Source of the DNA: Callorhinchus milii
Taxonomy: Eukaryota
Assembly (NCBI RefSeq): GCF_018977255.1
Contig: NW_024704743.1
Location: 52,950,001 to 53,014,000, forward strand
Length of the DNA stretch: 64,000 nucleotides
Reading direction: 5' to 3'
Both the position numbers and the translations under genes were made by a program. Below the pieces are notes generated by a model. It saw nothing but the letters and a program-made list of their open reading frames with translations, ran no database searches and was not told where the DNA came from. Below, one piece after another: positions 49,854 through 61,010 of this stretch (the stretch's first letter is position 1; each line of letters opens with the position of its first letter).

Positions 49854-50029
49854 TGTCTATGCAGGCTACAGTATTTATACAGCACAAGAAAGAAAGTCAG
49901 GTGGTGATCCCATTGTAAAGACCTTAAACCGGACTGGGTACTTCCAGAAATGCTGTACTGCCAACCTTGGGTTTATTTGATAATAAAATGAAATAAAATT
50001 GTTTCAAAATAAAATGATAAATAAATAAT

Positions 50030-50205
50030 AATTTGGTCACTTCAATCCACGACTGTTTGTGGGACACTGCTGCGCGCAATCGGCTGCCGTGTTTCGCCCA
50101 CAAAATGTACAGTCAATTCACTTTACAGTATATTCTGTGAAGCGCTTTGAGATGCCTTGAAGATGTGATAAGGCTCTATATCAAATGCAAGGATTATTAT
50201 TATAT
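50030..50205 (+). mobile_element. SINE 3' half, young
   Basis: ataatttggtcacttcaatccacgactgtttgtgggacactgctgcgcgcaatcggctgccg...aaggattattatta. Confidence 0.85.
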
Positions 50206-51939
50206 TTATATGCACGTGAACAGTGCTAGAAATAAATCAGGATGGAAATTATGCTTCTATGGCGTTAAATTGAACAGTATTTTAATTAATTTCACAATTT
50301 GCCTTTAGTAATCTAATTATGTGATCCTCAATGGTGCTATTTTTTATGCCATCAATATCCCAACAATAAAGGATGAGTGTGGGGAGAAGGGAAGGAAATT
50401 ACTGCTATGGTTAATAACAATACTGGGAAACCTCATGATAACATGGTCAGCTGGGTACAATCTCACTTATAAACAAAGCATGGAAAAATGGCCACTTCTA
50501 GGTTGTCAGGTTGCCATTAGCATCACTTCTTGTCACCCGTGCACTATATCATGAAATGCCATCAACAACAACAACAAAATTACATTTGTATAGCGCCTTT
50601 CACATTGGGAGGACGTCCCAAGCACTTCCTGCACATGGCAAGCGGTGCACAGGAAGTGACATTACTGGTGCTTCCTGCGCTTAGTGCACAAGTTGTGATG
50701 TTAACAGACGTGAAATCTGCCTTTTTTTTAGTTTGGGAAGCCAGCTAGTCAGTGCTAGAAACCAGGTGTTTCTGGTTAGTGTGGATTCACAGTAAACCTA
50801 TTATCCAAGAAAGGCAACACGATATTGAAAGGCTTACAACAGAGGTTTTTTGTAGTAGTGTAAGGCAGCGAAAATAAACACGACTAAAAATTGATAAGCT
50901 TAGCTGAACCAATGTCACGGTTGTGTTGGTGGATTAAATACAACCTGGGACCATGAAGAATAATAACAAATCAGTCTGGAATGCCACACCAAGTATTTAA
51001 AATACCGATGAGCTTACTTACTCGGAAACGGAATTGCATACAAAGAATAGTTGCTGACGGGCTTGCATCTTGAAAATGTTTTCTTCACATTTTAATGTAA
51101 ATTAGAAGCACATAATAGCAAACCTATTATTTGCAAATAATGGTTATTTACAAAGGAGTATTATAATTAATCCAATTCCCAGCGTAATTTGCTCACGATT
51201 AGGTCAGTGAGTAACGAAGGTTCATTACCAAGACTAGAAAAATCATCCACCATCAGGCAAATGGTTTTACTATCCAGTTATACATTTTACATCCTCACAC
51301 ACCATGCTGTTAGCGACGTGTTTTGATGTCTCCTTCAACAACAACAGATTACAATTCTATAGCGCATTCCATATCAGGAGGATTTCCCAAGGAATTTCGA
51401 TTACAAAATAAGGATTTAACCAAGGGCCACCTCTTCACTCTACACTCACACTGCCCGCTTACTTTGTTACAGCAGTTCATTATGTCCCATGTATAAACAC
51501 TGCTGTATTGCATACATGTGAACAGAGTGTCTGATTATGTAATTCACAAATAAAAATGACTGGTTTAACACCAATGAAAAAGACTGATTCATTTTCATAA
51601 GTAAAGGGGATCTAAAATTTGTGCAAAAAAGTTTTCCACATGAACCAGAATATGGACTTTCACATGGATTACACTACATATAATAAATTCTAATCCCACA
51701 TTTATATAGTCCATTCTGTCTGTTTGAATGCCAATGCTGCATGCCCCAGCTCTGCATTCACCCCATTATATATATATATATATATTGAGAGAAAGAGAGA
51801 GAGAGCAAACTGCATTCTCCCTGGCACAGGTATGGAATGTTGTACACCATACTCTCAGTAAGTGCTGATGATTTTATTTTTAAATATACTAGTAAGGTAT
51901 TTCCAAGGATCCAAAGATGCATTATGGTACAAGACAATG

Positions 51940-52170
51940 ATGGCCAGGAGTAACTCCCTTCTCTTTTTGAATAGTGCCATAGGATTTTTATCGTCCACCT
52001 GAACTGGCAGATGGGACCTTGGTCTAAAGTCTCATCTGGAGGAAACCACCTCCAACATTGCATTGGAGTGTCGCAGTACAGTATCAGTTCCAAGGCTCAC
52101 TGAGGAGCTAAACCCCACATCCTTCTAACTCAGAGACGAGAGTGCAACCAAATGAGTCAGGCTGACACCT
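51940..52170 (-). mobile_element. Deu-domain SINE remnant
   Basis: ggccaggagtaactccc...gaatagtgccataggatttttatcgtccacctgaac...gtctcatctggaggaaaccacctccaaca. Confidence 0.7.
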
Positions 52171-54159
52171 GCAAAACCACCTCTTCCAGCCAATATCATC
52201 AACATGTATTTTATACTACACTTTTTTGTGCCAAATTGACATCTAAGAGGATGCCATGGTAACAAAGTGGAAGATAGAACCACCGTAATATTAAATTGCA
52301 TACATGTATTAATATGCTTCTGTGTACATAAGCACAAAGTAATTGTATAAAAAATGCGTATGCTTGTTGTGCTCAAATATCTGCACAAAGAATACAAAGT
52401 CACTAATGAAAGCAAAAGTCATGGATTAGAATACTCCAGAAGTTTTAGAAGGGCAGGGAACAAATTGAATTAGGGCTGTGCCTTATAAAACATGTTTCTA
52501 TCTACCAAAGAAACCATTGTTTGTGTCAATTAGGAAGTCATCCCAATAGACTGCAATACACTTTAAAATCAATGGCTTTGTATTACTCTGAATTGCATTG
52601 AAAATGATCATCTTCTTTTGCATCAAGGCCCAGAGATAGAAACCAAGAAATGCCATTTTTTGTCAAAATTGCACACATCTCACAAGTAACATCATTAACA
52701 CACCACAAAGAGAGAAAAAATACTTAAAGCAGCTGTATAGCTTTAACAGCATCGTCTTAAAATTACTTATTTCCACTCCCATACTGCAAATTGCCAACAC
52801 ACAGCCTCATTTGAATCACGCTGGATTATTCAACTTCAGTCAAATGATGACTATTAGATTATAAATACTTTTCTTTCCCCCTTTTATGTGCTATAGAAAA
52901 TATTCTTTCCTGCATCATGATTAATTGATTATTAATGCGACTAGTGCATCATGTCCGGTCTTTTCAGCTTAAGTGTCCCATGTTACCTAAGCAACACACA
53001 GAAAAGCATCATTACTACTAGTTCTACAAAGGTTAAGAAACATATCCTTCATATTGCAGTTTACAAATATAGCCAGAGGATATTTAAAACTATTTGTTAA
53101 CAGCACACAGATTTTCAAGCACAAATATGGGTCACCCGTGGCATCAAGCAGCACCCTTTCCTTTAAAAGCCAAATTATGAATTTAAAAAATATATAAACC
53201 AAAACCTGTTTGGGCAGAGGAGTAGATGGAAAATGCGAGAGGAAGAAATACACAAAAAACTCATGGTTGGTTAAATTTTAATCTTATAATTATTTCTATA
53301 TAAATGCCAGCTGTACCACCATTGTATGGTTTAGGTGTAATTATGCAGATTTAAATGGCAAAGAAATTTTTAAAAAAAGCAGGTTTGGGGGATTTATTTT
53401 CTGCAAAAAAAGGGACCCTCTTATTGTGTATAAATACTATACAATTGAAGTGGATTTGACAATCTGTACCAAAGTTAATCCCACCACACACACACCCCAC
53501 CTCCCACCAAATCGCTCATTCAGAGTTTTGGCCATTCCTCTTCCCTTGAGCACATCTTCAACCCATTCCCATGAAATTGCTTCAAGTTCTTATTGTATCT
53601 GATCTCCAGATGCGTTTTTTTTGTCTCCAGGAAAGAGGTGAAAAATAAAATCAAAGGAAAAAAGGGCGTAAATAACTCAGAAACACCTCCTAGTAACCTA
53701 CTTGACAGCAGTGCCAGCGGCAATACTGCAGAAATTATTTTTATCCAGATTTTTCATTATTTCCAAATTTGCAGTTCAAGCAGAACTGTCCAAATCCTAA
53801 ATCCCTCTTAACTGCATAACCAAATGCAACAGAATTTATCCGATCACAACAACAGGGATAACCTCGCATGAAATTTGCTTTTGACTTCATTTTCTGGCTG
53901 CTGGATCTCTCAAGGTCTGGAGAAAATCCACAAAGCCAGACAAGAAAAACAAACTTAAAAGTATAGCTGGTCTATGCAGGAAGGATAAGCACTCGGCCTG
54001 AAAACAAATAACGGCATGAGTCTTCACAGCCTGTAGTTATATTTGTTGCTGGCATTTCTGCCTCCAGAATCATGGCTAGTGCTGGTAGCCCAACCATGAG
54101 CCATACATGCATCATACAGCTGTCAAATGAGTTTCATTAACGATGAATATGAGGACAAA

Positions 54160-54540
54160 CCATAGACATTTACAGCACAGAAAAGGCTATTCAGCCCATT
54201 GTGTCAGTCCTGGCTCTTTGAAATAAGTCCCAACTACCTACTCTTTCTCCCGCACATATCCGTGCAAAGGTATCTATCTACCTCACCCTTGAAAATTACA
54301 GGAATAATTTCTTGTTATCTACTCTATCAAAACTCCTCATAATTTTAAAGAAATTATCAATTCTCTCTCAATCTTCTCTGTTCCAGTGAAAATAGACCTT
54401 GTTCCTCCACTCTCTGCTCACAGCTCAAATGACAATACTAGGTATCATCCAAATAAATCTCCTCTCCCCCTTCCTTCTTAAAGTAGGGTGACCAAAAACC
54501 AGACACAATATTCCAATTGTGATCTAACCAATGATTTATT
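54160..54540 (-). mobile_element. CR1 3' end
   Basis: catagacatttacagcacagaaaaggctattcagccc (reversed CR1 terminus)...aatcttctctgttccagtgaaaa...acacaatattccaattgtgatctaacc. Confidence 0.7.
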
Positions 54541-56149
54541 ATTAATATTAATCTGTGCATTTGCTATTGTGCCTTATCACTTCTTGAAGACATCTCAAAA
54601 AGTGTCTTACACGCCATTGCAAATTGTAGTGAATGTACAACCCATTGGTGAATATGGCAGCCAATCCGCAGTGACAAAGTGAATGATCAACTCTCATTTT
54701 GGGGACCATTCACCATGTCATTGAGAGAAACTCCTTTTTCTCTTTTGCCCCCCGCCCCAACCAACAACAGTGCAAGGAACTCTAACATCCGCCCAAACAG
54801 GCACAGGCAGAACTTTGGTCCAAAACCCATGGGTTGGATGCCCCCATCAACACAATGCACCCCCAGCACTGCACTGGAATATCATCCCAGACAACTAACT
54901 CAAAGTCCCTGACATGTGTCCCAAGCCCACAATCCTCCATCTCAGAGGGAAGAACGTCACCGACCGAGCCTACTTCCCACTTATCCTGCAAATAAGGGAA
55001 AGTTCTTCATGTGTCTGTGTAAATATTAGCCAACCAACAGTTAACATTACTCACACTTTGTCACATCAGGCAATTAAAATGAGTCATTCACCATGGCCTC
55101 ATAAGGTTCACAAAAACAAAATGAGTTCCATATCAACCCCATATTGTGCAATCTGTTCTTCCATTTGAAGTAAATCATATTTGCAATCCACTACTAGACA
55201 ATTAAATACATCATCGCCATATCAGCACTAGTTTCCTACATCTGAATGGGCAAACATACCGACTGCACTTTTTTAGGAAAACAACTTCTCTGCAATCACA
55301 ATAAGTGCTTTTGTTTCAGCATTTCCTTAGACCAAAATCAGGTAAACACAGATCTCTTTCAATAACCATTGCAAATAAAAAAAAATTCAAAAAGTGACCA
55401 GATGTGAGAACCCCACATATAGTGAATTGGTTGACTATTACCAAAAAAAATTCCTATGTTTGTTCAGTAGTCTGTCTAATAATACATGTTTCAGTTTTAT
55501 CAGCACATTCCTTTTTTTAAAAATAAGCCTCAGCATATTTATTTAAGGGGAAAGAAAAAACAGACAACCACTTTAAATGTGAAGTTGTCCTTGATGGAAC
55601 TGCATGGCCTGGCACATAAAATAACTGGACAACTAAATAATTCAAATAAAAAGCCCTCCTTTAGTGTGCAACATTATTATCCCCCTTCATTAGAAAATCT
55701 GAACCAACCACACGAATGTCATCAAGAAGTGATTTGTCTTCAAAGGTCTTCCCTCTTTGTCATCAACATTATTCATCGATCTCCATAAGGAGCAAATTTA
55801 ATTAAAAAAAGGACACAACATTCTTAAAATCATAACATGAGTCAGCATACAGCAGAAACTAATATTTTAATAAGACAATGTGCATCTCAATTTAGAAAAA
55901 GGCTACTTTTAACTTGAATTTTGCTCCATGTGAATAAAGAGACCCTATCTCAGCACCAAACATCAACAGGTGAGAAGAAATGTGACTTTTCCAAAAGGGC
56001 AAGATTCAGAGCACAGCTATTGTCCAATATCCCCTTTATACCTGCTGGTAACACTGACCAAGGTGGCAAATATTGAGTCCTACCTTCAGTCATGGCTAAC
56101 TAACTGGGTGCCAACTTGGACTGGTTGGTCGCATTCTTGTTTCTGGGTT

Positions 56150-56475
56150 AGAAAGTTTGGGGCTCAAGCGACAGGTTAGGGCACGCTGACACTTCAGCTC
56201 ACAGTCCAGCTTTACACACCATTGGTAGTACTGAGTGTGCAGCACATTTCAGAAATACTTTCCTTCAAACATTAAACCAAGGTCGTGCCTGGCTGTTCTA
56301 ATGTGGATGTTAAAGATTCCATGGCACTTTTGAAAAGAAAAAGGTTTCCCCTGTGTTCTGACCATCAATGACATTGGTCATTTACTCCAGTTGTCGGTGG
56401 GACATTGCAGTGTGTAAAATAGCTGCAGCATAAAGTGTTTTTGCACAATGAAAGTGCTATAGAGGGCAAGCCCTT
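56150..56475 (+). mobile_element. Deu-domain SINE remnant
   Basis: gtactgagtgtgcagcac...ttaaaccaaggtc...gtggatgttaaagattccatggcact...gtgggacattgcagtgtg. Confidence 0.65.
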
Positions 56476-56764
56476 TCTTTATCCTAATTTCCAAAAATAT
56501 CCTCATTGTTGGCCCTTAAGACATATCCATTGATGGGAGTTTCTCTACAATGAGGTCACCATTGTGCAACATCCTCAAAAGATTTTGAGCGACAATTTTC
56601 ACACGATATAAATTCAACAAGACCTTAACCAAATAAATAGAGTCATCCCCATGAAGGGCTGAAACATCTCTATTTGACTGCAGCAAATACACCAATGTTT
56701 AAATCTAGCTGAGGCAGTCATTCCCAAGTCACAATAATAACAATCCCTGCATTCGATATAATAA

Positions 56765-57250
56765 AAAAAATCCTTGCATTTGATATAGCGCTTTTTATGC
56801 CTTCGAGAAGTCTCAAAGCGCTTCCCAGAATATACTGTGAAGTGAATTGACTGTATGTTTGCGGGCAAAACGCGGCAGCCAATTGCGCACAGCAGTGTCC
56901 CACAAACAGCTGTCTGTGATGTAGCGCCTTATCACATCTTCAAGAGTCTCAAAGCACTTCCCAGAATATACTGTAAAGTGAATTGACTGTATTTTATGGG
57001 CGAAACCCAGCAGCCAATTGTGCACAGCAGTGTCCCACAAACAGTAGTGGATTGAGTGACCTATTATTATTATTTTTTAAAGGATTATTACCCCTGAAAA
57101 AGCGATCCCCCAATCGACTAACAACCAGGTTCCTACTTACTGCTAGATAAACAGAGGCATGTGGAGTAAGGAAACTTGCCTAATGTTTCGTCCTGCCCAC
57201 GAATCAAACCCAGGTCCTCTCACTTGCGAGACGCGTGCTCTAATCAATAC
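56765..57250 (-). mobile_element. tRNA-derived SINE, long subtype, with tandem duplication of the 3' ~130 nt
   Basis: Head at ~57200-57250; segment gtctcaaagc.cttcccagaatatactgt.aagtgaattgactgta...gtgtcccacaaacag occurs twice (~56810-56910 and ~56945-57045). Confidence 0.88.
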
Positions 57251-59207
57251 AGCGCTCTAACCAAAACAGTGACTTATTGGCCTTTAACAATAAGTCACTG
57301 TTCTAGTCACTTATACATCAACAGGCTCCCGCTAAGCTGGAATGGGTACATCTCAAAGTCGAGATAGCTTTCTGGTGTGGATATGGAAATTCAGTGCATT
57401 ATTCTTTCTAGGAGAATTCTAATTCTATTCTCGACAAGAATAGATTATTACTGTGGAAATGCAGGACAACTTTATTGTAATACAGCACATCAAATTTAAT
57501 GGGATTTTGCCTTCTGCTAGGATTACTATTTATAGATATAAAGCACAAATGATCAGATATGCAAAACTCTGAACAAAATATAATGCCGCTTTCCCATCTC
57601 ACTAAGGATTAGGAATGTGCATCAAACATGAGGAAATAGCATCAAATTCCTCTGCACACTGGTACCCCAACTATACTATTTGCTTAAGGTAATTGTTTTC
57701 AGTGCTCTGAGACGCTACTCTGTGTGAAGTGTGCTAGATAAATGCAAGTTGCTGTTTTAGTAGTAAGGTGGCATGATTTAAGCACAGTATTTGCTCCTAT
57801 ATTAAGACAAGTCTGTATATCTAATGCTTAGATGCATGTGAATTATACATCACTGAAGCTGCCATAGTTAATGAGAGACTGGAGAAAAATAGCTAAGGGC
57901 AACTTGTAAGCTATAAAGAAATACTTTGCTCTTTTAAGTTAAAACAACACAAAAATGTCAGGACATATTTCAATGAATAGCTTAAAAGATTCCAAATACA
58001 GATAAACTAGGCATCTTCACTCTCATAATCCATTGGTTTTCTGAACAAAATCATGTCCACAATTGCACAATAGTCCAGAGTTCAATGGAGCTTCTCAATA
58101 CACATTTTTTCATTGAACTTAAAATTAAATAAAGTCAAGCAATAAACCACCACAAATAAGGAGCAGCTCATTCTCTACAAGTTATACTTAGCCACTCACC
58201 CACCCCCCATATTTCTGCTGACCAGGATTTATTTTGAATGATACTGCTTTGAGGCATTTTTACATTGTTTATAAATGTAGAGGTACATGCAGGTAGCTTG
58301 CTGCACACATGACTTCACAAAGAACAGGCACTTCCATTCATTGCAGTACTGTATTTACACTTTATTGAATCAAAGACTAAAATGTACCATTTTACACCAG
58401 CTTGTGGAAGTTCGACAAGGTAATTACATTTTAATGTGTATTATTTGAAATATGAAATGTAAATAATCTTGGTGCAGCCATTATTTGTTTCCCCTTGGAA
58501 ATGCTGCAACAGAGAGATTTGTGGGAGGAGGAAATGATCTCACCAGGGCCTTAGTTACAAAAATAAAACAGTACTTCTTTCACACCTTTAAGGTCAAAGA
58601 TTCAAATTCCACTGAAGGCTGGGGTGAGGCTGCTGTTACAAGCACTGTAACTGGACTCTAGTAATGCACATACATAGTGTGAGCAACCACTGTGATGCAA
58701 TGCAAAATATTCAGGGCAAAAGGCAATCTTATGTTAATTATTTTGTGGGAAATCCCCCAAACAATTTTTTTCTTCCTCCTTTTTTCGCCCTCCTAAAAGC
58801 AATAACAACTTGCATTTATATCGTGGCCTTCAGACAAGGTAGCTTCTTGGAGCGCTTGGAAGCAATTGACTTCTTTCTTCTCCACCCCATCCCTCTGCAT
58901 TAGGGAACTGTACATGCTACATGACAGTTAAGCATCCTTGCCCAAGCTGGACAGAATTCAAGAGCAGGCCCTCACAGCAAGTGTCAGAAATCCATTGGAT
59001 AAGAGAGGAAATAACAAAGGATGTCAATCCCATCCTCATCTGACAATCACATAGCCATTCAAGGAGGAGTGGTTGGATAGCGATCAGGAACAGGAAGCCA
59101 GGCTAACATTGTCCTTTCCTATCCCACAGGTGCTAACACTGACTGTTGAACCTCAACCGATGCCCCAACCGGGAAGTGAAGGTGCGACTTTCTGATACAT
59201 AGTGCTG

Positions 59208-59630
59208 TACTGTAGCTTAGCGATTAGAGCATTCGCTCGCAAGCGAGAGGATCTGGAGTCGATTCCCGGGCAGGACGAAACGTTGGGCGAGTTTCCTTAT
59301 TCCACATGCCTCTGTTTACCCAGCAGTAAGTAGGACCTGGTTGTTAGTCGATTGGCGGATCAGACAATTTGTGCAGCAATGTCCCACAAACAGCCGTTGA
59401 GTGACCAATTTTATTTGAGAGATTGTTGGCCAGGACAGGACATCCACAAACAGGCAGATGGGATCTCGGTTTAATGTCTCAATCGAATGTAGGTACCTCT
59501 GATAATGGAATACAGCCCCAGCACAGCATTAGATTGTCATCTTAGACCATGATTCCAAGTCCCAACATGGGGGTTGAACCCACAAACTTCTGACTCAGAG
59601 CAAGACTGCTACCACAGCACGAGGCTGACA
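59208..59630. mobile_element. SINE 5' part (+, 59208-59362) joined to a reversed Deu-domain SINE (59365-59630)
   Basis: ctgtagcttagcgattagagcattcgctcgcaagcgagagg...; then gtcccacaaacagcc...gatctcggtttaatgtctc. Confidence 0.7.
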
Positions 59631-60829
59631 CATATGCAAAACCATGTGTGAAATACAAATTTACATTTATATAATGCCTTTCATGTCGGGAAGAAATCCG
59701 AAAGCACATAATAGGTAAATCACACAAGTGTGCAAACGTCACAGCACCCTTGGCAATGATGACAAAGCCTTTCACTCCAGTTGCTCTCATCCTTACAAAA
59801 TGCATCCTACAATCTTCCCACAGAGCAGCTGTGGTAAATAAATTCAGTCACCTCACCTCTACCAACCTCTGCTGATTCTACCAACCATCTTTGTGATCTG
59901 TTCCAGCTGCGATTTAGACTTGCTGGCATCCATCCAAAAAGTCAACTTCACAACCTAAACCTGTGCCCTCTTGTCTTCCTGTTGAAAGGTTTTGACATAC
60001 CACACAAGACAGCTTCCAATTATGGTCATGTTTACATGAAAACCTTCCTCTTCGATCATTCCTTCGTCAGTTTCCTCTCACCAGACTGACGTCATGCTCT
60101 GCCACTGTTAAACGCTCCGAGATGCTACCCCTCACGAAGGGTATTTTATTAATTCAATTTGCTGTTGTGAAGGTTGGAGAGACAAGGCAAAAAAGTAGCT
60201 GTAGTTTAGCAAAAGGAATAATGTTCATCCCTTCCATCCGTAAATTAGTGTTAACAGACATGACTAAAGCCAGAGGGGAAAACAACTTCATGTAGGAGAT
60301 CTTAAAATATTTAGAAGGGCTGGGGGAAGGGCAAGTATTGGTAATAGGAGCATCAGACAGAATGAAAGTTTAACCTCAGTTGGAAGAAAGATCATCATGT
60401 GGGTGGAAATCTGTGACGGTGATAAACAAAAATGTTTTACACCAGGAAAAAATGTTAACCTGGAACAGGAATTATTCAGGCAGACAGGAGAATAACACAG
60501 AAAGGTTGAATTTGAGTAGAATAAAGGTGTGGAATGTTTATATTAATTTATATTCATAAATCATTCCTTCACAAATAAAACAGGGTGGTAAATAAGATGC
60601 AGGGAAAGTGGGCATGTTTAATCCAAAATCTAAAAGCAAGTTAGGGATGGAATGATTTGAAAACTAATGAAAAGAAGATTCTGTGGTGGTGGTGGGGGGG
60701 GCTGGGGGAGTAACTTTCTGCACAAAATATTCACACTAGCTATATTAGAAATTACCCGGCTATAGAAATATTTACACTGAACAAGAAATCAGTTTGAAGA
60801 AATTTACCAATACATGCCATCTAGGATGG

Positions 60830-61010
60830 CACTCCAGTGCAGTTCTGGATGGAGCACTGCACTGTCAGAGGTGCCTTCCTTTGGATGAGACATAAAATCA
60901 AAGTCCTACCTGCCCGTTCAGGGGCATTACAGCTCCTATAGCATTATCTGAAAATAGAAGGGAATTTCCTAGTATTTACAGTACATCCTCCTGTGAAGAG
61001 CTTTCAGACA
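60830..61010 (+). mobile_element. Deu-domain SINE remnant
   Basis: gcactgcactgtcagaggtgccttcctttggatgagacataaaatcaaagtcctacctgcccgttcagg. Confidence 0.65.

Noticed and set aside
53520..54056. Possible upstream MPP6 exons (tctgcag acceptor at ~53725; ATG CCA GCA ACA AAT at ~54054, faintly like the MPP2 N-terminus)
   Set aside because: No consensus donor in a compatible phase; similarity too short to support
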